Assembly: GCA_964016885.1 (NCBI GenBank)
Contig: OZ024747.1
Coordinates: forward strand, 78,554,001-78,618,000
DNA: 64,000 bases
From: Eledone cirrhosa
Taxonomy: Eukaryota
Reading direction: 5' to 3'
Under the pieces are notes generated by a model. The model saw nothing but the letters and a program-made list of their open reading frames with translations. It was not told the origin of the DNA and searched no databases. Shown piece by piece: positions 14,001 through 30,000 of this stretch (positions are counted from its first letter, which is position 1; each line of letters opens with the position of its first letter). The translations under genes and the position numbers were made by a program.

Positions 14001-16780
14001 AATACCTGACACTATCTCATGACAACAGTGACCTCAACTATAGAATTAGACTAATACCTGACACTATCTCATGACAACAGTGACCACAACTATAGAATTA
14101 GACTAATACCTGACACTATCTCATGTCAACAGTGACCACAACTATAGAATTAGACTAATACCTGACACTATCTCATGTCAACAGTGATCACAACTATAGA
14201 ATTAGACTAATACCTGACACTATCTCATGACAACAGTGACCACAACTATAGAATTAGACTAATACCTGACACTATCTCATGTCAACAGTGACCACAACTA
14301 TAGAATTAGACTAATACCTGACACTATCTCATGACAACAGTGACCTCAACTATAGAATTAGACTAATACCTGACACTATCTCATGATAACAGTGACCTCA
14401 ACTATAGAATTAGACTAATACCTGACACTATCTCACATCAACAGTGACCACAACTATAGAATTAGACTAATACCTGACACTATCTCATGACAACAGTGAC
14501 CACAACTATAGAATTAGACTAATACCTGACACTATCTCATGACAACAGTGACCACAACTATAGAATTAGACTAATACCTGACACTATCTCATGATAACAG
14601 TGACCTCAACTATAGAATTAGACTAATACCTGACACTATCTCATGACAACAGTGACCTCAACTATAGAATTAGACTAATACCTGACACTATCTAATGACA
14701 ACAGTGACCACAACTATAGAATTAGACTAATACCTGACACTATCTCATGACAACAGTGACCACAACTATAGAATTAGACTAATACCTGACACTATCTCAC
14801 ATCAACAGTGACCACAACTATAGAATTAGACTAATACCTGACACTATCTCACATCAACAGTGACCACAACTATAGAATTAGACTAATACCTGACACTATC
14901 TCACATCAACAGTGACCACAACTATAGAATTAGACTAATACCTGACACTATCTCACGTCAACAGTGACCACAACTATAGAATTAGACTAATACCTGACAC
15001 TATCTCATGTCAACAGTGACCACAACTATAGAATTAGACTAATACCTGACACTATCTCATGACAACAGTGACCACAACTATAGAATTAGACTAATACCTG
15101 ACACTATCTCACATCAACAGTGACCACAACTATAGAATTAGACTAATACCTGACACTATCTCATGACAACAGTGACCACAACTATAGAATTAGACTAATA
15201 CCTGACACTATCTCACATCAACAGTGACCACAACTATAGAATTAGACTAATACCTGACACTATCTCACATCAACAGTGACCACAACTATAGAATTAGACT
15301 AATACCTGACACTATCTCATGACAACAGTGACCACAACTATAGAATTAGACAAATACCTGACACTATCTCATGACAACAGTGACCACAACTATAGAATTA
15401 GACTAATACCTGACACTATCTCATGACAACAGTGACCACAACTATAGAATTAGACTAATACCTGACACTACCTCATGACAACAGTGACCACAACTATAGA
15501 ATTAGACAAATACCTGACACTATCTCATGACAACAGTGACCACAACTATAGAATTAGACTAATACCTGACACTATCTCATGTCAACAGTCACCACAACTA
15601 TAGAATTAGACTAATACCTGACACAATCTCATGACAACAGTGACCACAACTATAGAATTAGACTAATACCTGACACTATCTCATGTCAACAGTGACCACA
15701 ACTATAGAATTAGACTAATACCTGACACTATCTCATGACAACAGTGACCACAACTATAGTATTAGACTAATACCTGACACTATCTCATGACAACAGTGAC
15801 CACAACTATAGAATTAGACTAATACCTGACACTATCTCATGTCAACAGTGACCACAACTATAGAATTAGACTAATACCTGACACTATCTCATGACAACAG
15901 TGACCACAACTATAGAATTAGACTAATACCTGACACTATCTCATGACAACAGTGACCACAACTATAGAATTAGACTAATACCTGACACTATCTCATGACA
16001 ACAGTGACCACAACTATAGAATTAGACTAATACCTGACACTATCTCATGACAACAGTGACCACAACTATAGAATTAGACTAATACCTGACACTATCTCAT
16101 GATAACAGTGACCACAACTATAGAATTAGACTAATACCTGACACTATCTCATGATAACAGTGACCACAACTATAGAATTAGACTAATACCTGACACTATC
16201 TCATGACAACAGTGACCACAACTATTGAATTAGACTAATACCTGACACTATCTCATGATAACAGTGACCACAACTATAGAATTAGACTAATACCTGACAC
16301 TATCTTATGACAACAGTGACCACAACTATAGAATTAGACTAATACCTGACACTATCTTATGACAACAGTGACCACAACTATAGAATTAGACTAATACCTG
16401 ACACTATCTTATGACAACAGTGACCACAACTATAGAATTAGACTAATACCTGACACTATCTCATGATAACAGTGACCACAACTATAGAATTAGACTAATA
16501 CCTGACACTATCTCATGACAACAGTGACCACAACTATAGAATTAGACTAATACCTGACACTATCTCATATCAACAGTGACCACAACTATAGAATTAGACT
16601 AATACCTGACACTATCTCACGTCAACAGTGACCACAACTATAGAATTAGACTAATACCTGAGACTATCTCATGTCAACAGTGACCACAACTATAGAATTA
16701 GACTAATACCTGACACTATCTCATGACAACAGTGACCACAACTATAGAATTAGACTAATACCTGACACTATCTCATGACA
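8030..16780 (+). repeat. Segmental duplication, offset 101 monomers (5252 bp): about 8030-11530 vs about 13280-16780
   Basis: C17A 8181/13433, C44T 8936/14188, C30A 9442/14694, G42C 10338/15590 and C22G 11410/16662 all lie at +5252. Block ends are approximate. Confidence 0.88.
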
Positions 16781-17999
16781 ACAGTGACCACAACTATAGA
16801 ATTAGACTAATACCTGACACAATCTCATGACAACAGTGACCACAACTATAGAATTAGACTAATACCTGACACTATCTCATGACAACAGTGACCACAACTA
16901 TAGAATTAGACTAATACCTGACACTATCTCATGTCAACAGTGACCACAACTATAGAATTAGACTAATACCTGACACTATCTCATGACAACAGTGACCACA
17001 ACTATAGAATTAGACTAATACCTGACACAATCTCATGACAACAGTGACCACAACTATAGAATTAGACTAATACCTGACACTATCTCATGACAACAGTGAC
17101 CACAACTATAGAATTAGACTAATACCTGACACTATCTCATGACAACAGTGACCACAATAATAGAATTAGACTAATACCTGACACTATCTCATGACAACAG
17201 TGACAACATCTATAGAATTAGACTAATACCTGACACTATCTCATGACAACAGTGACCACATCTATAGAATTAGACTAATACCTGACACTATCTCATGACA
17301 ACAGTGACCACAACTATAGAATTAGACTAATACCTGACACTATCTCATGACAACAGTGACCACAACTATAGAATTAGACTAATACCTGACACTATCTCAT
17401 GACAACAGTGACCACAACTATAGAATTAGACTAATACCTGACACTATCTCATGACAACAGTGACCACATCTATAGAATTAGACTAATACCTGACACTATC
17501 TCATGACAACAGTGACCACAACTATAGAATTAGACTAATACCTGACACTATCTCATGACAACAGTGACCACAACTATAGAATTAGACTAATACCTGACAC
17601 TATCTCATGACAACAGTGACCACAACTATAGAATTAGACTAATACCTGACACTATCTCATGACAACAGTGACCACAACTATAGAATTAGACTGATACCTG
17701 ACACTATCTCATGATAACAGTGACCACAACTATAGAATTAGACTAATACCTGACACTATCTCATGATAACAGTGACCACAACTATAGAATTAGACTAATA
17801 CCTGACACTATCTCATGACAACAGTGACCACAACTATTGAATTAGACTAATACCTGACACTATCTCATGATAACAGTGACCACAACTATAGAATTAGACT
17901 AATACCTGACACTATCTTATGACAACAGTGACCACAACTATAGAATTAGACTAATACCTGACACTATCTTATGACAACAGTGACCACAACTATAGAATT

Positions 18000-20900
18000 A
18001 GACTAATACCTGACACTATCTTATGACAACAGTGACCACAACTATAGAATTAGACTAATACCTGACACTATCTCATGATAACAGTGACCACAACTATAGA
18101 ATTAGACTAATACCTGACACTATCTCATGACAACAGTGACCACAACTATAGAATTAGACTAATACCTGACACTATCTCATATCAACAGTGACCACAACTA
18201 TAGAATTAGACTAATACCTGACACTATCTCACGTCAACAGTGACCACAACTATAGAATTAGACTAATACCTGAGACTATCTCATGTCAACAGTGACCACA
18301 ACTATAGAATTAGACTAATACCTGACACTATCTCATGACAACAGTGACCACAACTATAGAATTAGACTAATACCTGACACTATCTCATGACAACAGTGGC
18401 CACAACTATAGAATTAGACTAATACCTGAAACTATCTCATGACAACAGTGACCACAACTATAGAATTAGACTAATACCTGACACTATCTCATGACAACAG
18501 TGACCACAACTATAGAATTAGACTAATACCTGACACTATCTCATGACAACAGTGACCACAACTATAGAATTAGACTAATACCTGACACTATCTCATGACA
18601 ACATTGACCACAACTATAGAATTAGACTAATACCTGACACTGTCTCATGACAACAGTGACCAGAACTATAGAATTAGACTAATACCTGACACTATCTCAT
18701 GACAACAGTGACCACAACTATAGAATTAGACTAATACCTGACACTATCTCATGATAACAGTGACCTCAACTATATAATTAGACTAATACCTGACACTATC
18801 TCACGTCAACAGTGACCACAACTATAGAATTAGACTAATACCTGACACTATCTCACATCAACAGTGACCAAAACTATAGAATTAGACTAATACCTGACAC
18901 TATCTCATGTCAACAGTGACCACAACTATAGAATTAGACTAATACCTGACACTATCTCATGAAAACAGTGACCACAACTATAGAATTAGACTAATACCTG
19001 ACACTATCTCATGATAACAGTGACCTCAACTATAGAATTAGACTAATACCTGACACTATCTCATGACAACAGTGACCACAACTATAGAATTAGACTAATA
19101 CCTGACACTATCTCATGACAACAGTGACCACAACTCTAGAATTAGACTAATACCTGACACTATCTCATGACAACAGTGACCACAACTATAGAATTAGACT
19201 AATACCTGACACTATCTCATGATAACAGTGACCTCAACTATAGAATTAGACTAATACCTGACACTATCTCATGACAACAGTGACCACAACTATAGAATTA
19301 GACTAATACCTGACACTATCTCATGACAACAGTGACCACAACTCTAGAATTAGACTAATACCTGACACTATCTCATGACAACAGTGACCACAACTATAGA
19401 ATTAGACTAATACCTGACACTATCTCATGACAACAGTGACCTCAACTATAGAATTAGACTAATACCTGACACTATCTCATGACAACAGTGACCACAACTA
19501 TAGAATTAGACTAATACCTGACACTATCTCATGTCAACAGTGACCACAACTATAGAATTAGACTAATACCTGACACTATCTCATGTCAACAGTGACCACA
19601 ACTATAGAATTAGACTAATACCTGACACTATCTCATGACAACAGTGACCACAACTATAGAATTAGACTAATACCTGACACTATCTCATGTCAACAGTGAC
19701 CACAACTATAGAATTAGACTAATACCTGACACTATCTCATGACAACAGTGACCTCAACTATAGAATTAGACTAATACCTGACACTATCTCATGATAACAG
19801 TGACCTCAACTATAGAATTAGACTAATACCTGACACTATCTCACATCAACAGTGACCACAACTATAGAATTAGACTAATACCTGACACTATCTCATGACA
19901 ACAGTGACCACAACTATAGAATTAGACTAATACCTGACACTATCTCATGACAACAGTGACCACAACTATAGAATTAGACTAATACCTGACACTATCTCAT
20001 GATAACAGTGACCTCAACTATAGAATTAGACTAATACCTGACACTATCTCATGACAACAGTGACCTCAACTATAGAATTAGACTAATACCTGACACTATC
20101 TAATGACAACAGTGACCACAACTATAGAATTAGACTAATACCTGACACTATCTCATGACAACAGTGACCACAACTATAGAATTAGACTAATACCTGACAC
20201 TATCTCACATCAACAGTGACCACAACTATAGAATTAGACTAATACCTGACACTATCTCACATCAACAGTGACCACAACTATAGAATTAGACTAATACCTG
20301 ACACTATCTCACATCAACAGTGACCACAACTATAGAATTAGACTAATACCTGACACTATCTCACGTCAACAGTGACCACAACTATAGAATTAGACTAATA
20401 CCTGACACTATCTCATGTCAACAGTGACCACAACTATAGAATTAGACTAATACCTGACACTATCTCATGACAACAGTGACCACAACTATAGAATTAGACT
20501 AATACCTGACACTATCTCACATCAACAGTGACCACAACTATAGAATTAGACTAATACCTGACACTATCTCATGACAACAGTGACCACAACTATAGAATTA
20601 GACTAATACCTGACACTATCTCACATCAACAGTGACCACAACTATAGAATTAGACTAATACCTGACACTATCTCACATTAACAGTGACCACAACTATAGA
20701 ATTAGACTAATACCTGACACTATCTCACATCAACAGTGACCACAACTATAGAATTAGACTAATACCTGACACTATCTCACATCAACAGTGACCACAACTA
20801 TAGAATTAGACTAATACCTGACACTATCTCATGTCAACAGTGACCACAACTATAGAATTAGACTAATACCTGACACTATCTCATGACAACGGTGACCACA

Positions 20901-23900
20901 ACTATAGAATTAGACTAATACCTGACACTATCTCATGTCAACAGTGACCACAACTATAGAATTAGACTAATAGCTGACACTATCTCATGTCAACAGTGAC
21001 CACAACTATAGAATTAGACTAATAGCTGACACTATCTCATGTCAACAGTGACCACAACTATAGAATTAGACTAATACCTGACACTATCTCATGTCAACAG
21101 TGACCACAACTATAGAATTAGACTAATACCTGACACTATCTCATGTCAACAGTGACCACAACTATAGAATTAGACTAATACCTGACACTATCTCATGACA
21201 ACGGTGACCACAACTATAGAATTAGACTAATACCTGACACTATCTCATGTCAACAGTGACCACAACTATAGAATTAGACTAATACCTGACACTATCTTAT
21301 GACAACAGTGACCACAACTATAGAATTAGACTAATACCTGACACTATCTCATGATAACAGTGACCACAACTATAGAATTAGACTAATACCTGACACTATC
21401 TCATGACAACAGTGACCACAACTATAGAATTAGACTAATACCTGACACTATCTCATATCAACAGTGACCACAACTATAGAATTAGACTAATACCTGACAC
21501 TATCTCACGTCAACAGTGACCACAACTATAGAATTAGACTAATACCTGAGACTATCTCATGTCAACAGTGACCACAACTATAGAATTAGACTAATACCTG
21601 ACACTATCTCATGACAACAGTGACCACAACTATAGAATTAGACTAATACCTGACACTATCTCATGACAACAGTGGCCACAACTATAGAATTAGACTAATA
21701 CCTGAAACTATCTCATGACAACAGTGACCACAACTATAGAATTAGACTAATACCTGACACTATCTCATGACAACAGTGACCACAACTATAGAATTAGACT
21801 AATACCTGACACTATCTCATGACAACAGTGACCACAACTATAGAATTAGACTAATACCTGACACTATCTCATGACAACATTGACCACAACTATAGAATTA
21901 GACTAATACCTGACACTGTCTCATGACAACAGTGACCAGAACTATAGAATTAGACTAATACCTGACACTATCTCATGACAACAGTGACCACAACTATAGA
22001 ATTAGACTAATACCTGACACTATCTCATGATAACAGTGACCTCAACTATATAATTAGACTAATACCTGACACTATCTCACGTCAACAGTGACCACAACTA
22101 TAGAATTAGACTAATACCTGACACTATCTCACATCAACAGTGACCACAACTATAGAATTAGACTAATACCTGACACTATCTCATGTCAACAGTGACCACA
22201 ACTATAGAATTAGACTAATACCTGACACTATCTCATGAAAACAGTGACCACAACTATAGAATTAGACTAATACCTGACACTATCTCATGATAACAGTGAC
22301 CTCAACTATAGAATTAGACTAATACCTGACACTATCTCATGACAACAGTGACCACAACTATAGAATTAGACTAATACCTGACACTATCTCATGATAACAG
22401 TGACCTCAACTATAGAATTAGACTAATACCTGACACTATCTCATGACAACAGTGACCACAACTATAGAATTAGACTAATACCTGACACTATCTCATGACA
22501 ACAGTGACCACAACTATAGAATTAGACTAATACCTGACACTATCTCATGACAACAGTGACCACAACTATAGAATTAGACTAATACCTGACACTATCTCAT
22601 GACAACAGTGACCACAACTATAGAATTAGACTAATACCTGACACTATCTCATGTCAACAGTGACCTCAACTATAGAATTAGACTAATACCTGACACTATC
22701 TCATGACAACAGTGACCACAACTATAGAATTAGACTAATACCTGACACTATCTCATGACAACAGTGACCACAACTCTAGAATTAGACTAATACCTGACAC
22801 TATCTCATGACAACAGTGACCACAACTATAGAATTAGACTAATACCTGACACTATCTCATGACAACAGTGACCTCAACTATAGAATTAGACTAATACCTG
22901 ACACTATCTCATGACAACAGTGACCACAACTATAGAATTAGACTAATACCTGACACTATCTCATGTCAACAGTGACCACAACTATAGAATTAGACTAATA
23001 CCTGACACTATCTCATGTCAACAGTGACCACAACTATAGAATTAGACTAATACCTGACACTATCTCATGACAACAGTGACCACAACTATAGAATTAGACT
23101 AATACCTGACACTATCTCATGTCAACAGTGACCACAACTATAGAATTAGACTAATACCTGACACTATCTCATGACAACAGTGACCTCAACTATAGAATTA
23201 GACTAATACCTGACACTATCTCATGATAACAGTGACCTCAACTATAGAATTAGACTAATACCTGACACTATCTCACATCAACAGTGACCACAACTATAGA
23301 ATTAGACTAATACCTGACACTATCTCATGACAACAGTGACCACAACTATAGAATTAGACTAATACCTGACACTATCTCATGACAACAGTGACCACAACTA
23401 TAGAATTAGACTAATACCTGACACTATCTCATGATAACAGTGACCTCAACTATAGAATTAGACTAATACCTGACACTATCTCATGACAACAGTGACCTCA
23501 ACTATAGAATTAGACTAATACCTGACACTATCTAATGACAACAGTGACCACAACTATAGAATTAGACTAATACCTGACACTATCTCATGACAACAGTGAC
23601 CACAACTATAGAATTAGACTAATACCTGACACTATCTCACATCAACAGTGACCACAACTATAGAATTAGACTAATACCTGACACTATCTCACATCAACAG
23701 TGACCACAACTATAGAATTAGACTAATACCTGACACTATCTCACATCAACAGTGACCACAACTATAGAATTAGACTAATACCTGACACTATCTCACGTCA
23801 ACAGTGACCACAACTATAGAATTAGACTAATACCTGACACTATCTCATGTCAACAGTGACCACAACTATAGAATTAGACTAATACCTGACACTATCTCAT

Positions 23901-24700
23901 GACAACAGTGACCACAACTATAGAATTAGACTAATACCTGACACTATCTCACATCAACAGTGACCACAACTATAGAATTAGACTAATACCTGACACTATC
24001 TCATGACAACAGTGACCACAACTATAGAATTAGACTAATACCTGACACTATCTCACATCAACAGTGACCACAACTATAGAATTAGACTAATACCTGACAC
24101 TATCTCACATCAACAGTGACCACAACTATAGAATTAGACTAATACCTGACACTATCTCACATCAACAGTGACCACAACTATAGAATTAGACTAATACCTG
24201 ACACTATCTCACATCAACAGTGACCACAACTATAGAATTAGACTAATACCTGACACTATCTCATGTCAACAGTGACCACAACTATAGAAATAGACTAATA
24301 CCTGACACTATCTCATGACAACGGTGACCACAACTATAGAATTAGACTAATACCTGACACTATCTCATGTCAACAGTGACCACAACTATAGAATTAGACT
24401 AATAGCTGACACTATCTCATGTCAACAGTGACCACAACTATAGAATTAGACTAATAGCTGACACTATCTCATGTCAACAGTGACCACAACTATAGAATTA
24501 GACTAATACCTGACACTATCTCATGTCAACAGTGACCACAACTATAGAATTAGACTAATACCTGACACTATCTCATGTCAACAGTGACCACAACTATAGA
24601 ATTAGACTAATACCTGACACTATCTCATGACAACGGTGACCACAACTATAGAATTAGACTAATACCTGACACTATCTCATGTCAACAGTGACCACAACTA
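18000..24700 (+). repeat. Tandem duplication, offset 63 then 66 monomers
   Basis: A43G 18399/21675 lies at +3276. C30A 20102/23534, A39G 20891/24323 and 21203/24635, and C17G 20973/24405 lie at +3432. Block ends are approximate. Confidence 0.85.
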
Positions 24701-27049
24701 TAGAATTAGACTAATAGCTGACACTATCTCATGTCAACAGTGACCACAACTATAGAATTAGACTAATAGCTGACACTATCTCACGTCAACAGTGACCACA
24801 ACTATAGAATTAGACTAATACCTGACACTATCTCACGACAACAGTGACCACAACTATAGAATTAGACTAATACCTGACACTATCTCATGACAACAGTGAC
24901 CACAACTATAGAATTAGACTAATACCTGACACTATCTCATGACAACAGTGACCACAACTATAGAATTAAACTAATACCTGACACTATCTCATGACAACAG
25001 TGACCACAACTATAGAATTAGACTAATACCTGACACTATCTCATGTCAACAGTGACCACAACTATAGAATTAGACTAATACCTGACACTATCTCATGACA
25101 ACAGTGACCACATCTATAGAATTAGACTAATACCTGACACTATCTCATGACAACAGTGACCACAACTATAGAATTAGACTAATACCTGACACTATCTCAT
25201 GACAACAGTGACCACAACTATAGAATTAGACTAATACCTGACACTATCTCATGACAACAGTGACCACAACTATAGAATTAGACTAATACCTGACACTATC
25301 TCATGACAACAGTGACCACAACTATAGAATTAGACTAATACCTGACACTATCTCATGACAACAGTGACCACAACTATAGAATTAGACTAATACCTGACAC
25401 TATCTCATGACAACAGTGACCACAACTATAGAATTAGACTAATACCTGACACTATCTCATGACAACAGTGACCACAACTATAGAATTAGACTAATACCTG
25501 ACACTATCTCATGACAACAGTGACCACAACTATAGAATTAGACTAATACCTGACACTATCTCATGACAACAGTGACCACAACTATAGAATTAGACTAATA
25601 CCTGACACTATCTCATGACAACAGTGACCACAACTATAGAATTAGACTAATACCTGACACTATCTCATGACAACAGTGACCACAACTATAGAATTAGACT
25701 AATACCTGACACTATCTCATGACAACAGTGACCACAACTATAGAATTAGACTAATACCTGACACTATCTCATGACAACAGTGACCACAACTATAGAATTA
25801 GACTAATACCTGACACTATCTCATGACAACAGTGACCACAACTATAGAATTAGACTAATACCTGACACTATCTCATGTCAACAGTGACCACAACTATAGA
25901 ATTAGACTAATACCTGACACTATCTCATGTCAACAGTGACCACAACTATAGAATTAGACTAATAGCTGACACTATCTCATGACAACAGTGACCACAACTA
26001 TAGAATTAGACTAATAGCTGACACTATCTCATGACAACAGTGACCACAACTATAGAATTAGACTAATAGCTGACACTATCTCATGACAACAGTGACCTCA
26101 ACTATATAATTAGACTAATACCTGACACTATCTCACGTCAACAGTGACCACAACTATAGAATTAGACTAATACCTGACACTATCTCATGACAACAGTGAC
26201 CACAACTATAGAATTAGACTAATACCTGACACTATCTCATGTCAACAGTGACCACAACTATAGAATTAGACTAATACCTGACACTATCTCATGACAACAG
26301 TGACCACAACTATAGAATTAGACTAATACCTGACACTATCTCATGACAACAGTGACCACAACTATAGAATTAGACTAATACCTGACACTATCTCATGACA
26401 ACAGTGACCACAACTATAGAATTAGACTAATACCTGACACTATCTCATGACAACAGTGACCACAACTATAGAATTAGACTAATACCTGACACTATCTCAT
26501 GACAACAGTGACCACAACTATAGAATTAGACTAATACCTGACACTATCTCATGACAACAGTGACCACAACTATAGAATTAGACTAATACCTGACACTATC
26601 TCATGACAACAGTGACCACAACTATAGAATTAGACTAATACCTGACACTATCTCATGACAACAGTGACCACAACTATAGAATTAGACTAATACCTGACAC
26701 TATCTCATGACAACAGTGACCACAACTATAGAATTAGACTAATACCTGACACTATCTCATGACAACAGTGACCACAACTATAGAATTAGACTAATACCTG
26801 ACACTATCTCATGACAACAGTGACCACAACTATAGAATTAGACTAATACCTGACACTATCTCATGACAACAGTGACCACAACTATAGAATTAGACTAATA
26901 CCTGACACTATCTCATGACAACAGTGACCACAACTATAGAATTAGACTAATACCTGACACAATCTCATGACAACAGTGACCACAACTATAGAATTAGACT
27001 AATACTTGACACTATCTCATGACAACAGTGACCACACCTATAGAATTAG

Positions 27050-30000
27050 ACTAATACCTGACACTATCTCATATCAACAGTGACCACAACTATAGAATTA
27101 GACTAATACCTGACACTATCTCATGACAACAGTGACCACAACTATAGAATTAGACTAATACCTGACACTATCTCATGTCAACAGTGACCACAACTATAGA
27201 ATTAGACTAATACCTGACACTATCTCATGTCAACAGTGACCACAACTATAGAATTAGACTAATACCTGACACTATCTCATGACAACAGTGACCACAACTA
27301 TAGAATTAGACTAATACCTGACACTATCTCATGACAACAGTGACCACAATAATAGAATTAGACTAATACCTGACACTATCTCATGACAACAGTGACCACA
27401 TCTATAGAATTAGACTAATACCTGACACTATCTCATGACAACAGTGACCACATCTATAGAATTAGACTAATACCAGACACTATCTCATATCAACAGTGAC
27501 CACAACTATAGAATTAGACTAATACCTGACACTATCTCATGACAACAGTGACCACAACTATAGAATTAGACTAATACCTGACACTATCTCATGACAACAG
27601 TGACCACATCTATAGAATTAGACTAATACCTGACACTATCTCATGACAACAGTGACCACAACTATAGAATTAGACTAATACCTGACACTATCTCATGACA
27701 ACAGTGACCACAACTATAGAATTAGACTAATACCTGACACTATCTCATGACAACAGTGACCACATCTATAGAATTAGACTAATACCTGACACTATCTCAT
27801 GATAACAGTGACCACAACTATAGAATTAGACTAATACCTGACACTATCTTATGACAACAGTGACCACAACTATAGAATTAGACTAATACCTGACACTATC
27901 TCATGATAACAGTGACCACAACTATAGAATTAGACTAATACCTGACACTATCTCATGACAACAGTGACCACAACTATAGAATTAGACTAATACCTGACAC
28001 TATCTCATGATAACAGTGACCACAACTATAGAATTAGACTAATACCTGACACTATCTCATGACAACAGTGACCACAACTATAGAATTAGACTAATACCTG
28101 ACACTATCTCATGTCAACAGTGACCACAACTATAGAATTAGACTAATAGCTGACACTATCTCATGACAACAGTGACCACAACTATAGAATTAGACTAATA
28201 CCTGACACTATCTCATGACAACAGTGACCACAACTATAGAATTAGACTAATACCTGACACTATCTCATGACAACAGTGACCACAACTATAGAATTAGACT
28301 AATACCTGACACTATCTCATGACAACAGTGACCACAACTATAGAATTAGACTAATACCTGACACTATCTCATGACAACAGTGACCACAACTATAGAATTA
28401 GACTAATACCTGACACTATCTCATGACAACAGTGACCACAACTATAGAATTAGACTAATACCTGACACTATCTCATGTCAACAGTGACCACAACTATAGA
28501 ATTAGACTAATACCTGACACTATCTCATATCAACAGTGACCACAACTATAGAATTAGACTAATACCTGACACTATCTCATGTCAACACTGACCACAACTA
28601 TAGAATTAGACTAATACCTGACACTATCTCACGTCAACAGTGACCACAACTATAGAATTAGACTAATACCTGACACTATCTCGTGTCAACAGTGAACACA
28701 ACTATAGAATTAGACTAATACCTGACACTATCTCACGTCAACAGTGACCACAACTATATAATTAGACTAATACCTGACACTATCTCATGACAACAGTGAC
28801 CACAACTATAGAATTAGACTAATACCTGACACTATCTCATGACAACAGTGACCACAACTATAGAATTAGACTAATACCTGACACTATCTCATGTCAACAG
28901 TGACCACAACTATAGAATTAGACTAATACCTGACACTATCTCATGTCAACAGTGACCACAACTATAGAATTAGACTAATACCTGACACTATCTCACGTCA
29001 ACAGTGACCACAACTATAGAATTAGACTAATACCTGACACTATCTCATGACAACAGTGACCACAACTATAGAATTAGACTAATACCTGACACTATCTCAT
29101 GACAACAGTGACCACAACTATAGAATTAGACTAATACCTGACACTATCTCATGACAACAGTGACCACAACTATAGAATTAGACTAATACCTGACACTATC
29201 TCATGACAACAGTGACCACAACTATAGAATTAGACTAATAGCTGACACTATCTCATGTCAACAGTGACCACAACTATAGAATTAGACTAATACCTGACAC
29301 TATCTCATATCAACAGTGACCACAACTATAGAATTAGACTAATACCTGACACTATCTCATGACAACAGTGACCACAACTATAGAATTAGACTAATACCTG
29401 ACACTATCTCATGACAACAGTGACCACAACTATAGAATTAGACTAATACCTGACACTATCTCATGACAACAGTGACCACAACTATAGAATTAGACTAATA
29501 GCTGACACTATCTCATGACAACAGTGACCACAACTATAGAATTAGACTAATACCTGACACTATCTCATGTCAACAGTGACCACAACTATAGAATTAGACT
29601 AATACTTGACACTATCTCATATCAACAGTGACCACAACTATAGAATTAGACTAATACCTGACACTATCTCATGACAACAGTGACCACAACTATAGAATTA
29701 GACTAATACCTGACACTATCTCATGACAACAGTGACCACAATAATAGAATTAGACTAATACCTGACACTATCTCATGACAACAGTGACCACATCTATAGA
29801 ATTAGACTAATACCTGACACTATCTCATGACAACAGTGACCACAACTATAGAATTAGACTAATACCTGACACTATCTCATGACAACAGTGACCACAACTA
29901 TAGAATTAGACTAATACCTGACACTATCTCATGACAACAATGACCACAACTATAGAATTAGACTAATACCTGACACTATCTCATGACAACAGTGACCAGA

